A stretch of DNA of 64,000 nt, taken from assembly GCA_963667175.2 (NCBI GenBank), contig CAXXXF010000015.1:352001-416000 (forward strand), read 5' to 3'. Made by a program: the position numbers and the translations under genes. Of the stretch, positions 27,321-37,327 are shown piece after piece (within the stretch, counting starts at the first letter, position 1; each line of letters begins with the position of its first letter). Below the pieces are notes generated by a model. It ran no database searches and was not told where the DNA came from. It worked only from the letters and a program-made list of their open reading frames with translations. Origin of the DNA: Candidatus Latescibacterota bacterium. GTDB taxonomy: Bacteria > Latescibacterota > UBA2968 > GCA-2709665.

Positions 27321-27560
27321 TTAGAGTTTGACGAGAATGAGCGTGCCAAGCGCAACCAGCGTGGTAAACTGGATTCCGATAAGCCAGTATATTCGCGTGT
27401 GCAGGTCTCGTAATCCTGCATCCATGCGGGCGTTGATTTCGCGGAAACCTTGATCCATACGAGTTTCCAGGCTTGCCATGCGCTGGCTCAGTTGTTCGAC
27501 GGTTCCCTCGACGCGCGAAAGCCTGGCATCGAAATCATTGGCGGGTGTTCCAGTCTGCAC
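27321..27560 (-). CDS. Small coiled-coil TM protein, copy D
   Basis: Paralog with the same RBS/GTG start and TM tail. Confidence 0.75.
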   Translation of the reverse strand: MQTGTPANDFDARLSRVEGTVEQLSQRMASLETRMDQGFREINARMDAGLRDLHTRIYWLIGIQFTTLVALGTLILVKL

Positions 27561-27681
27561 TGCGGCGCTCCTATCCCCTTCAATTCGCAAACCGGATCAG
27601 GATTCTCAGGATGAAGGGTTGAACAGGATGAAAACCGAAAAGCGCGAGAAAAGGCCGAGAAAACGAACGACGGCGTTCCGG

Positions 27682-28239
27682 TCACTTCATTTCGCGCTCG
27701 AGGCGCCTGATTTCGTCGCGCAGGCTGGCGGCCTCTTCGTACTGCTCCCGGGCCGCGGCCTCCTTCAATTCCGCCCTGAGGGCCGTCAGCCGATCGGAGA
27801 TCCCGCCTTCGACCTTCTCGACCTCCACGTCCAAAGACGCATTGATGGGCAGCCCGGCCTCCTGGATGACCCTGTCTTCCACGTACACCGGGGCGCCCGT
27901 GCGGAGCGCCAGGGCGAGGGCGTCGCTGGGCCGGGAGTCCACGCCGATGGTTTTGCCGTCCGCGTCCAGGCTGACTTCGGCGAAGAAGACGTCTTCCTTG
28001 AGCGCGTTGATGAGCACCCGCGTGACCTTGACGCCCATGCCGTCCAATATGGACCGTAGCAACTCGCAGGTGGGCGGCCGCGGGGGTTCTTCGTCGTACA
28101 GCGCCATGTAAATGGCCGTGGCTTCGAAATTCCCGATGGAGATGGGCAGGAAGATCTGCTGCTCCCTGTCTTTCAGCCACACGAGCGGCCGGTTGGTGTT
28201 GGGTTCCACCGCCACGCCGATCACGTTCATTTCGATCAT
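27682..28239 (-). CDS. Bifunctional nuclease family (DUF151) protein with C-terminal UVR domain
   Basis: LPISIGNFEATAI, PPRPPT, DSRPSDALALALR and AAAREQYEEAASLRDEI. Confidence 0.9.
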   Translation of the reverse strand: MIEMNVIGVAVEPNTNRPLVWLKDREQQIFLPISIGNFEATAIYMALYDEEPPRPPTCELLRSILDGMGVKVTRVLINALKEDVFFAEVSLDADGKTIGVDSRPSDALALALRTGAPVYVEDRVIQEAGLPINASLDVEVEKVEGGISDRLTALRAELKEAAAREQYEEAASLRDEIRRLEREMK

Positions 28240-28389
28240 AGGAGTGTGCATCCTTCCCGGCGCGCACAGGGGAGGATGAGTTGCGCCGCTGGGTGATGGC
28301 CTTTTTCGCAAATACGCTTACTAAACAAGAATATAGGGCGAACGCCTCGGAAAAATCAAGGGAAAAAAGGCGGGGAGAGGGGAGAGAAG

Positions 28390-29385
28390 CAGCGGTCAGG
28401 GGTCAGTGGTCAGTGGTCAGCTTGAGACAAAATCGAACATCAGCTCACACGGAGACACGAAGACACAAAGAAAACCAAAACCAGTGGTCAGTGGTCAGTG
28501 GTCAGTGGTCAGCTTGAGTCAAAATCGAACATCAGCTCACACGGAGACACGAAGACACAAAGAAAACCAAACCAGCGGTCAGCCGTCAGCTTGAGTCAAA
28601 ATCGAAAATCAGCTCACACGGAGACACGAAGGCACAAAGAAAACCAAACCAGCGGTCAGCCGTCAGCTTGAGACAAAATCGAACATCAGCTCACACGGAG
28701 ACACGAAGACACAAAGAAAACCAAACCAGCGGTCAGCGGTCAGCGGTCAGCCGTCAGCTTGAGTCAAAATCGAAAATCAACTCACACGGAGACACGAAGA
28801 CACAAAGAAAAGCAAAGGCAACCAGCAACGGCGAACCCGTAGACGACCCCTCCCGGCCCCGCAGACCTCTCCCCCCTGCCTGCAGGCAGGCAGGCCCCCT
28901 CTCCCGGGGGGAGAGGGGGAGGAAAACCGGTCACCGAACGAGGATCACCGTTCCCCCTTCCCCCCGGGAAGGGGGTTAGGGGGTAGGTCGGCGGTGGAAG
29001 GGGGGAGATAGGAAATGAGAACGAAAATCAACTCACACGGAGACACGAAGGCACAAAGAAAACCAAACCAGCGGTCAGCTTTCAGCGGTCAGCCGTCAGC
29101 TTGAGTCAAAATCGAACATCAGCTCACACGGAGACACGAAGACACAAAGAAAACCAAAGGCAACCGGCAACGGCGAACCCGTAGACGACCACCCCCAACC
29201 CCGCAGACCTCTCCCCCCGGCCGGCCTGCCTGCCGGCAGGCCGGCCGGGGGGAGAGGGGGAGCAAACCGGTCACCGAACGAGGATCACCGTTGCCCCCTT
29301 CCCCCCGGGAAGGGGGTTAGGGGGTAGGTCGGCGGTGGAAGGGGGATAGGGGTAGGTCGGCCGGGAGAGGGGGGCCCAAGGCCGG
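28390..29385. repeat. Composite repeat array left of the DUF559 gene
   Basis: Repeated CAGCTCACACGGAGACACGAAGACACAAAG and GTCAG(C/T)G heptamers, plus two REP-like hairpin doublets. Confidence 0.9.
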
Positions 29386-29386
29386 T

Positions 29387-29767
29387 CTATCGCTTCATGG
29401 TGTATTTTCTGATTGATTGGAGCACGCCATCAAGATTCGTACGTATTTCGTCATTTGTAATTCGTAATACCTGTAATCCACGCGCTATCAGAATGGCATC
29501 CCGTTTTGCGTCATAAGCTGCCTGATCCTGGTGAATCTCGCCGTCGACTTCGATTACCAGGCCGACGGAGTGACAATAGAAATCGACAACGAAGCCGTCG
29601 ATGATCTGCTGCCGTCGAAAGTGAATGCCGTCAAGCCGATTCGCACGCAAGTGCTGCCATAGCTGTTTTTCTTCTTCTGTCATCTGTGATCGTAAACTGT
29701 GCGCCAACTTTACTTTCTCAATGTCAACGCGCTGGCCCCTGACAAGATATCGCCTGGATCTATTCAT
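29387..29767 (-). CDS. DUF559 (Vsr-like) endonuclease domain protein
   Basis: LRSQMTEEEKQLWQHLR, FRRQQIIDGFVVDFYC, IEVDGEIH, YDAKRD and VLRITN; AT-richer than flanks. Confidence 0.92.
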   Translation of the reverse strand: MNRSRRYLVRGQRVDIEKVKLAHSLRSQMTEEEKQLWQHLRANRLDGIHFRRQQIIDGFVVDFYCHSVGLVIEVDGEIHQDQAAYDAKRDAILIARGLQVLRITNDEIRTNLDGVLQSIRKYTMKR

Positions 29768-29769
29768 TA

Positions 29770-30176
29770 GCCTCTCCCCCTGGCGCAGACCTCTCCCCCC
29801 GGCCTGCCTGCCTGCCGGCAGGCCCCCTCTCCCGGGGGAGAGGGGGAGGAAAACCGGTCACCGAACGAGGATCACCGTTCCCCCTTCCCCCCGGGAAGGG
29901 GGTCAGGGGGTCAGGGCGGCGGCGGGAGAAGGGGGAGAGAGGAAATGAGAACGAAATTCAGCTCACACGGAGACACAAAGACACAAAGAAAACCAAAGCG
30001 TAAGATCCGAGACTTCGGCCCGGAAGGGAGATGCAGCGTTCAGCCGTCAGTCAAGAGCGAACCACCCCCAACCCCGCAGACCTCTCCCCCCGGCCTGCCG
30101 GCAGGCCGGGGGGAGAGGGGGAGCAAACCGGTCACCGAACGAGGATCACCGTTCCCCCTTCCCCCCGGAAAGGAGG
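29770..30176. repeat. Composite repeat array right of the DUF559 gene
   Basis: Two further hairpin doublets with the ACCGGTCACCGAACGAGGATCACCGTT linker. Confidence 0.9.
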
Positions 30177-33100
30177 TCAGGGCGGCGGCGGGACCGCCGT
30201 GCGGCCGAAGGAAGCGGCGAGGGCGACGAAGTCGGCGAAGTTCACGGCGCCGTCGTCGTTCACGTCGGCCTGGGGGTTGTACGCGGCGTCGCCCTTTCGG
30301 GCGCCGAAGGCGGCGGCGAAGGCGATGAAGTCTTCGAAGTTGACCTCGAGGTCGCCGCCCTGCGACGGGAGGACGATGAGGTGGACCGGGTCGCCGGCGG
30401 GGTCCGCGAACTTCACGCGGATGGAGACGTTCGCGATCTCGACCAGGTCGCCCGCGGTCGCGTTGTTGTCGTCAACCGCGTCGATCCGGTAGACCAGCGA
30501 GGCGACGCCCTCGGGCAGGGCGTCGTCGACGAACCGGGTGGACCCCGGAGGCAGGACGGCGATTTCCTCGAGGCGGTCGGCAGACGCGCCGCGCATCACC
30601 CGGTACCCCGTCACCCCCGGGATCGGGATGCTGTACCCGCGATAGGGAATGACCCCCACCACGCCGTCGTCCGCGGACGCCGTCCACCGCAGCAACACGC
30701 CGCCTGCGCCGTCGCCGGACGCGCCGGTCACCGCGGCGGGCGGGACATCGTCCACGGCGGCGACCGGTCCGTCGGTTTCCATCCGCGCGGACACCCGCAG
30801 TTCGCCCGCCGCGCGGTCGGCGCCGACGCCGGCCGGAACGGCGGCGGCAACCGGCGCGCTCACGCCGGGGTCCAGCGACGCGAAGACCAGGTCTTCCCGA
30901 TCGCCGATGAGGGACGCGGCGAAATCCACCGGCGCGCGGAACCGGTCCGGCAGCTCCTCATCCGCCAGGACCGGCGACGGAATGCCCATCCGCGCGAGGG
31001 TTTGCCGCGCGCGCGCCTTCGCGACCACGCGTTTTCCGGCCGAGGCCGCGTCCACGCCCGCGACGGCCCGGACGCCCCAGCGGGTGGCCTCGTTGTCCAG
31101 CGCGGGGACCACGGCGCGCACCATGCCGCCGTCCGGACCGCCCGTCCCTCCGCCGTCCCCGGCGCCGACGCGCGCCCACTGCGTCCACGTCTTCACGGGC
31201 ACTTCCCCGTGTATCTCGCGGCCGCGCTCATCGTACCCCGCCAGCGTCGTTTCCACTTCCCGCTCGATCAGGTAGTGAATCACGGCGTCGCCCCGGGCGG
31301 AACGCGGGAAGCCGATCAGCACCATGCCGCCCTGGTCGCCGGTCCCGTCCGCGCCCTTGTAGTCCTCCACCGTGATGGAGGCGGGGGGGTCCGGGGGACC
31401 TCTTTCAGGCCTGAAACGCACGGTCACGCCGCCCGTAAACGCGCCGGTCACGGCGTTGTCGCCCGTGCCGGTGACGTAATCCGCGGCAATCGTGCGCACG
31501 GTGATCAGAGCCGTTCCGTCCAGGCCGGCGGCCACGGCGCCAAACTCGGCGCCGCCCGGCGGGACCGTCTGGGCGCCCGTGGGGACCTTCACCGCGGCGT
31601 GGCTGGAACCGAAGGCGACGGCCACCGACGCGTACGTTTCCGATCCCACGGTATTGTCGATCTTCATGCTCGCGTTGCCGAACGCGTCGGCCGGCGTCAC
31701 CCGCACCGCAAACGCGCCGGACACGCTGCCGTCCGGGACCGCGCCGTCCCCGGCGGACACCGCGAATTGCGACAGTTCCGCGGCCTCGACGTTCACCGCC
31801 GCGTCCAGCCGGCCGCTGATGCGAATCGACCGGGTCCCGTCAACCGGGTCGATCAGGCCTTCGACCGCCATCACGGTGGCGCCGGCGAGCGGCCGGGCGG
31901 ACCTGAAGCTCACGTCGCGCCGGCCCGCGCGCCATCCGTCGCCGTCCAGAGTCGCGGCGCGGGCGACCATGCCGGCGGCGGCCATCTCCGCGGGAAGCGC
32001 GAAGGACGACGCGGGCCTCACGCCGATGCCGCCGAAGCTCACGCCCTCCAGCGCGTCGGCCTGATCGCCGGAAACGATCACGGCCAGCGCCGCCGGCGTG
32101 CGATAGGTCAACGCGAGGACGCCGGCGCCCTCGGCGCGCGAGAGCGTGGTGTCCAGGACCGACAGGCGCAGGGCGAAGTCCGCGCCGGCGACCACCCTGC
32201 CGCCCTGGTCCGGCGCGTTGACGATCCTGAACGCGTCGGCGTTCGGGTTCAGGAAGCCCCTGGCGAACGTGAGCGCCCCGCCGCCGGTCACGCTGGCGTT
32301 GCCGGCGAGGTCCACCGCCAGAATCTGCAGCTCGTACCGGCTTCCGTTCCAGAAGCCCGCGCTTTCCACGGGCCAGGTCATCGGGGCGCCGACGGTCTCG
32401 AGCCGGCGGTTTCCCCGGTGGAAGCGCTGCACAACCGCCGGGGCGCCGACGGCGAGGTCGATATAGCGGACGGACAGCGATTCCAGCGCCTCGTCGATGG
32501 CGAAGACCGGGTCCTTGCTGGCCAGGTTGATGGTGGGCGCGTCGTCGTTGTCCGCGTCCACGGGAGCGGTGGCGGCGGTGGGGAACAGATCGGCGATCAC
32601 CGGCGCCTTTTCGTCGTACCAGACGCCCGCGAGGTCCATGGCGGCCCGGTTCCCGAGGCTGTCCCAGACCTCGATCCTCAGGTCTTTGCGCACCCCGCCC
32701 GCGCTGTCGTATTTCCAGGGAAGCGCGAGCGTGGCCGTGGAATCGTCGCCCGTGGGCGGCAGGCCTTCGTCGACGCCGCCGCCGCCGCCGAACCCGTGCG
32801 CGCTGTCGCCGTGGGTGATCCGGATGGAGTCCGGGACTTCGCTGAGTCTGAACGTGAGCGGGTTCAACCCGCGGTTGGCATGGACGCCCTCGGGCTCTCC
32901 GGGCAGAGGTCGAATTCCCGACAGCGTCTGCGTGACGGCCGCCGAGATCCGGTCTTCCTTGCGGTCCGGATCGGGGTGGATGACCGTGATCGCCGGCGGC
33001 GTCGCGTCCGCGATCCACTCCACGCCGCCGGGATCGAAGACGTCCGGCAGTCCATGCCCCGCCCGGACTGCCGAAGGCGTCCCGGCGTCCATGGCGGCGG

Positions 33101-34037
33101 CGCCGAGGTTGCCCGCGGCGTCCGCGATCCAGGCCTCGACGCGAACCCGCCGGTTATCGCCGAAATCGCCCGCCTCAACCCACCCGGAGGCCCGCAGACT
33201 CGGGTTGTACAACCGGTCCCCGGCAAACTCGAAGGAAACCGGCGCCGAGGAAAACGCCGAGTCCGCCTCAACGACGCCCACGCGGATGCGGCTGGCGCCG
33301 GCGTTCAGCACGCCCGCGACGTTCAGACCCAGACGGATCGCGATTTTGTCTCCGCTCCTGAACCGCACGCGCTCGATCAGCCCCGCCGACGTCGTGTCGA
33401 CGCCCAGGTTGTCCGTTTCAACGGCGAAGGACCCGAACGCGCCGGTATGCACGGGTCGATTGGCATCGATGCCGAATCGCACCCCGTCGCCCACCCGGTT
33501 GGCGCCGAAGCCCGTGGACGCGGGGGCGATCTTCGTCCTCGTCATCAGGTTGTTCAGTTCGTTGCCGGCCTCGTCCGCGTCCAGGTCCACGACAACCTTG
33601 GCCGCGCGGTTGTTCTCTGTCTCGAAGGCCGCGTCCTTCGGGGAGACGGTTATGGATACCCTGAACGTGTCCACGCCCGACGCCTCGTCGTTCCCAAACG
33701 CGACGCCGGACGGGAGATTGTCCGGACCGGGTATATATATATTGTAATAGACGAATCCGCGGGCGGCGGCGGACCCGCCCGCCGTGACGCCGACGTCCCG
33801 GTCTCGGACCGTCGCGTCCACGACCGACACGCGGAACCCCTCATCGAGGGCGCCCTCGAACGACAGGATGCGGATCTCGATCCCGTCGCCGATGCCCGCC
33901 CACGCGTTGGCGGCGGGCCTGTCCACGCGGATCATGATGCCCGGCGGGTCCGCGACGTCCACGGCGCCGGCGACCCCGACGACGCCAACGATCAGGAAAA
34001 TAGACAGACCCGTGCCTGCAGACGTCCACAACCGCAT
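30177..34037 (-). CDS. Paralog of the giant surface protein, ending after the EF-hand domain
   Basis: Colinear similarity to 21278-25273 (IRVDRPAANAWAGIGD, NNLMTRTKIAPAS, WYDEKAPVI, LPSQGGDLEVNFEDF); GGGGAGG RBS before ATG 34037. Confidence 0.85.
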   Translation of the reverse strand: MRLWTSAGTGLSIFLIVGVVGVAGAVDVADPPGIMIRVDRPAANAWAGIGDGIEIRILSFEGALDEGFRVSVVDATVRDRDVGVTAGGSAAARGFVYYNIYIPGPDNLPSGVAFGNDEASGVDTFRVSITVSPKDAAFETENNRAAKVVVDLDADEAGNELNNLMTRTKIAPASTGFGANRVGDGVRFGIDANRPVHTGAFGSFAVETDNLGVDTTSAGLIERVRFRSGDKIAIRLGLNVAGVLNAGASRIRVGVVEADSAFSSAPVSFEFAGDRLYNPSLRASGWVEAGDFGDNRRVRVEAWIADAAGNLGAAAMDAGTPSAVRAGHGLPDVFDPGGVEWIADATPPAITVIHPDPDRKEDRISAAVTQTLSGIRPLPGEPEGVHANRGLNPLTFRLSEVPDSIRITHGDSAHGFGGGGGVDEGLPPTGDDSTATLALPWKYDSAGGVRKDLRIEVWDSLGNRAAMDLAGVWYDEKAPVIADLFPTAATAPVDADNDDAPTINLASKDPVFAIDEALESLSVRYIDLAVGAPAVVQRFHRGNRRLETVGAPMTWPVESAGFWNGSRYELQILAVDLAGNASVTGGGALTFARGFLNPNADAFRIVNAPDQGGRVVAGADFALRLSVLDTTLSRAEGAGVLALTYRTPAALAVIVSGDQADALEGVSFGGIGVRPASSFALPAEMAAAGMVARAATLDGDGWRAGRRDVSFRSARPLAGATVMAVEGLIDPVDGTRSIRISGRLDAAVNVEAAELSQFAVSAGDGAVPDGSVSGAFAVRVTPADAFGNASMKIDNTVGSETYASVAVAFGSSHAAVKVPTGAQTVPPGGAEFGAVAAGLDGTALITVRTIAADYVTGTGDNAVTGAFTGGVTVRFRPERGPPDPPASITVEDYKGADGTGDQGGMVLIGFPRSARGDAVIHYLIEREVETTLAGYDERGREIHGEVPVKTWTQWARVGAGDGGGTGGPDGGMVRAVVPALDNEATRWGVRAVAGVDAASAGKRVVAKARARQTLARMGIPSPVLADEELPDRFRAPVDFAASLIGDREDLVFASLDPGVSAPVAAAVPAGVGADRAAGELRVSARMETDGPVAAVDDVPPAAVTGASGDGAGGVLLRWTASADDGVVGVIPYRGYSIPIPGVTGYRVMRGASADRLEEIAVLPPGSTRFVDDALPEGVASLVYRIDAVDDNNATAGDLVEIANVSIRVKFADPAGDPVHLIVLPSQGGDLEVNFEDFIAFAAAFGARKGDAAYNPQADVNDDGAVNFADFVALAASFGRTAVPPPP

Positions 34038-34539
34038 GACCGGCCTCCCCTCGAATATCACCACGCGCCGATGATGAACCCGCGCGCGCACCGCCTCTCG
34101 ATCGCGTACCGCAGACGCGCAATACGCGTCGCCGGCGGGCAGGGCGGCAAAAAGCATGCCAGCAGGACGCCGAACGCGCCGCGCGGCATCGCGGGCACGG
34201 ACGCGATTCGGGACGCGGGAAGCCGGACAGCGGGCCGGGGGCTGGCGCCGGGGACGCGGAAACGGTTGAAGAAACGGCTCAGGAGGGCGTTCGGGCGCGG
34301 ACTGCGGAGGGAGGCGCCGCGAGAGGCGCGGACGACGGTTCAGGCCGTCGAGGGAACCGGGGCGCGAGGAATGGGGCGGAGAACGGTTCGGAGGGATTGA
34401 AAAAAACGTTCACATATGGAAAGAAGCTTTCAGGCAAAGGCGGACCGCCCCCGGCCCCGCAGACCTCTCCCCCCTGCCTGCCTGCCGGCAGGCAGGCCCC
34501 CTCTCCCGGGGGGAGAGGGGGAGCAGAGCGGGAGACCCT

Positions 34540-34631
34540 GCAGTTGTTACCTCACCCGGCCGAAAATGTCGATCGTCGGACAAGAAATAGAGTAGACGCA
34601 CAGTGCGTGGTTCCCCCACCTCTAAATTCAT
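34540..34631 (-). pseudogene. Gene fragment GEPRTVRLLYFLSDDRHFR, truncated by a repeat
   Basis: Protein-like stretch in AT-richer DNA running straight into a REP-like hairpin; reminiscent of N-terminal domains of secreted peptidase/LRR proteins (from memory, unverified). Confidence 0.35.
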
Positions 34632-35094
34632 CGGACGTTTGAAAGCTGAGGGAAAATATCGCTCGTGACGAGTTCAGCTGAATCGTGTACCGTCGCTCAC
34701 TGACTGCCGCATTCGCGCTGAAGCTCGCCTCTTTCTTTAATTTTATGTTTTCTCTTATGTAAATTATTCTTGACATAGACGTGGAACACGGGTAAATTCA
34801 GACAGGACGCATCAGAAGTACCCACAAGTACTTCATCGCCAGTACGTACGAAAACAGGTACCTCTGATCGGAGAATTCCGGTACCGATCCTTGGGGGATC
34901 ACAAACAGGGGACTGTCAGGCGGGGGCGCGGTTAACGGACCGTACCTCCGCCAATTTTTAAGGTAACCAGGTCGTTTGGAGACCGCAATAAAAATCTTCA
35001 AAACAGGACAGGATCGTATACCCTTCAAAAACCCGGGAACGAGGAAGAAGAGGTCTTGGAGGAGAAGCGAAACGGTTTCTCGAAAAACAAGGCG

Positions 35095-35255
35095 TAGCAG
35101 TCCGTTGAAAAAGTCGCTCTGCAGGCGAGGCCGAGTCATTGTGGCCGAAGACAAGGCGCGCCTGTCTGCGTGCCTGCCTGCGCCGAGACGTGCTCGGCAG
35201 GCAGGCGGACACGCACAGGCAGGCAGACCGGATGGACTTTTTCAACGGGCTGGTA
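35095..35255. mobile_element. MITE-like element with ~21-bp terminal inverted repeats
   Basis: TAGCAGTCCGTTGAAAAAGTC ... GACTTTTTCAACGGGCTGGTA (2 mismatches); no transposase; carries nested mini-hairpins. Confidence 0.75.
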
Positions 35256-35387
35256 GTCTGATAGAGTGGTAGGGAACGGTCAGAAAGGTTTTTGGGCTGC
35301 TTTTTTGTAGGTTGTAATATTATTGTCATTACAGTATCTTCTCTGTCTGTGGGGCAAAATAGAGCATGCAGGATCTGGGAGTATGGG

Positions 35388-36101
35388 ATGACTGTCTGTA
35401 TCGCTGCACTTTATAGTGAAGGCGAAGGAGCGGTTCTGGCCTCTGATAAGATGATTACAGCCCACTTTCCCATTGGCTATGAATTTGAACATGGGGAGCA
35501 TTCCAAGATTATAAGTGTCTCCGGTTCGTCCTCAACTTTTGCTCTCGTATCCGGTGATGTGTTGCGTGGCCAAGAAATCCTTAATGCAGCACAAGAGATG
35601 ATAAGACAACGAGGCGAGGATATTTCTGCTGCCGCTACTGCTGAAACGATCCGTAGTGCGTATCAACAAATCCGTCTCAAGAATATCTCCCATAGAGAAC
35701 TCGAGCCCAGAGGATTAGACCTGGCGAAATTCTATGCCAATCACCAACAGTTAGCTCCACATATCGTACAGATTGTCGACCAAGCTCTGATTACATTTGA
35801 TTTGGGTGTAGAATTGCTGGTGGTGGGTTTGAGTGAAACTACTCATACGATTCACACAATAGTGAATCCAGGAGATATCTATGATAATAGCATCATTGGA
35901 TACGGTACAATAGGTTCGGGATCACCACACGCATTATACTCTCTGATTGAAAATCAGTATACGGTAAAACAGCAGAAGGAGGAGGTAATTTCGTTAGTAA
36001 AAGGAGCAAAAGAAAGAAGTGAAGTAGCTCCCGGGGTTGGAAAACAGACGAGTATTGTGGTTCTTCCAGAAAAGGAGTCAATAAATGAACAACCAGAGTA
36101 A
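35388..36101 (+). CDS. Orphan proteasome-beta-like Ntn hydrolase
   Basis: M-T-VCIAA start (Thr nucleophile, no propeptide), LASDKMIT, SKII and TIGSGS motifs; GGGAG RBS; AT-rich. Confidence 0.75.
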   Translation: MTVCIAALYSEGEGAVLASDKMITAHFPIGYEFEHGEHSKIISVSGSSSTFALVSGDVLRGQEILNAAQEMIRQRGEDISAAATAETIRSAYQQIRLKNISHRELEPRGLDLAKFYANHQQLAPHIVQIVDQALITFDLGVELLVVGLSETTHTIHTIVNPGDIYDNSIIGYGTIGSGSPHALYSLIENQYTVKQQKEEVISLVKGAKERSEVAPGVGKQTSIVVLPEKESINEQPE

Positions 36102-36264
36102 TACAGAGTCGCATACCATGAAGTGGATGAAGGCAGAACGAGAACTGGCCGTGCGCCGTGTCGTTGTCCCGATCTACCCAAATCCAAAACACGTTCTAAC
36201 AAAAACAGATGAAAATCTCATTCCATTAATTCCAGATAAGCCTCCCAAAAAAGTTCAAACTTAG
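36085..36264 (+). CDS. 59-aa hypothetical protein coupled to the Ntn hydrolase
   Basis: Below the ORF-track cutoff; AAGGAG RBS 7 nt before ATG; MNNQSNTESHTMKWMKAERELAVRRVVVPIYPNPKH...KKVQT. Confidence 0.5.
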   Translation: MNNQSNTESHTMKWMKAERELAVRRVVVPIYPNPKHVLTKTDENLIPLIPDKPPKKVQT

Positions 36265-36324
36265 ATCCGCTCAAGCATGAACTGGTGTTCTGTCGGGGCA
36301 TGACCCCGGATCACATGAAACCAG

Positions 36325-36356
36325 AAAAACAGGGAGAGGCAATTCGCCTCTCCCTG
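36325..36356. terminator. Hairpin terminator between the convergent island and rplI
   Basis: CAGGGAGAGGC-AATTC-GCCTCTCCCTG with a T-run on the minus strand. Confidence 0.7.
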
Positions 36357-36468
36357 CTGCATTTTAGATCAGAGTTTCCTTTAATCGATTCGGGCAAAAA
36401 AAGATGGGCATGCCTGTAGCAAGACCCATCTCTCGACGGTTTTCTTTTTCATTTGCGCCTGCGGCAGG

Positions 36469-36912
36469 TTACTCCTTGACCACCCACACCTTGACGGTCG
36501 CCCGGACTTCGGCGTGGAGGCGGATCGAGACGTCGTAGACTCCGAGCGCGCGGATGGGTTCCTCGAGTTCGATCCAGCGGCGGTCGATTTCGAAGCCCTG
36601 CTCGGCGAGGTGTTCGGAAATGTGCTGCCCCGTGACGGAGCCGAAGATCTGGTCTTCCTTGCCCACGGCAACCGGAATCGTGCAGGATGCCTTCTCCACT
36701 TTTTTCGAGAGGGCCACGGCCTCGCGCTGGTCGCGGGTGTTCCGGGCTTCCTTCTGGCGCTCGAGTTCCTCGTAGACCTTCATGTTCCCCTTGCTGGCCA
36801 CCAGGGCCAGGTTCCGGGGAATGAGGTAATTCCTGGCGTACCCGTCCTTGACGTCAACAACGGTTCCGGCCTGGCCCAGGTTGTCGACACCTTCGGTTAA
36901 GATCACCTTCAT
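36469..36912 (-). CDS. rplI: 50S ribosomal protein L9
   Basis: MKVIL...VKDGYARNYLIP and IFGSVT. Confidence 0.97.
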   Translation of the reverse strand: MKVILTEGVDNLGQAGTVVDVKDGYARNYLIPRNLALVASKGNMKVYEELERQKEARNTRDQREAVALSKKVEKASCTIPVAVGKEDQIFGSVTGQHISEHLAEQGFEIDRRWIELEEPIRALGVYDVSIRLHAEVRATVKVWVVKE

Positions 36913-37102
36913 GGGGGTTCCCTTTCGATAGAGAACAGCTTTCAGCGGTCAGTTTTCAGCAATCAGCTTGAATCAACATCGAAAATCAGCTCACACGAAG
37001 ACACAGAGGCACAAAGAAAAAGGCAGAAAATGGCCGAAGGCGATGAGGGGGGAGCGGGGGTGAAAAACAGGCTTCCTTCTTCCTTCTCACGTCTCCCCGC
37101 CT

Positions 37103-37327
37103 TTACGACATACTGTCCGTTGCAAAAGGCAACAGCGCGATCTGGCGGGCGCGTTTGAGGTGCCGGGTGACCCTTCGCTGGTGCCTGGCGCACGTCCCGG
37201 AAACGCGTCGGGGGATGATCTTTCCCCTGTCCGTGACGAACCGCTGCATCAGCCGCACGTCCTTATAGTCGATGATCAATGCCTTGTCTTCGCAGAACCT
37301 GCATACCTTGATGCTTGGCCGGTTCAT
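37103..37327 (-). CDS. rpsR: 30S ribosomal protein S18
   Basis: CRFC...IDYKD...[17 protein letters not shown]. Confidence 0.97.
   Translation of the reverse strand: MNRPSIKVCRFCEDKALIIDYKDVRLMQRFVTDRGKIIPRRVSGTCARHQRRVTRHLKRARQIALLPFATDSMS

Noticed and set aside
30381-34400. 1339-aa plus-strand ORF and similar long antisense ORFs (2787, 21731, 38172, 44888, 59416)
   Set aside because: Shadow ORFs opposite well-supported high-GC genes; no recognisable motifs.
34640-35090. Short ORFs in AT-richer DNA left of the MITE
   Set aside because: No motifs or RBS; probably decayed sequence.
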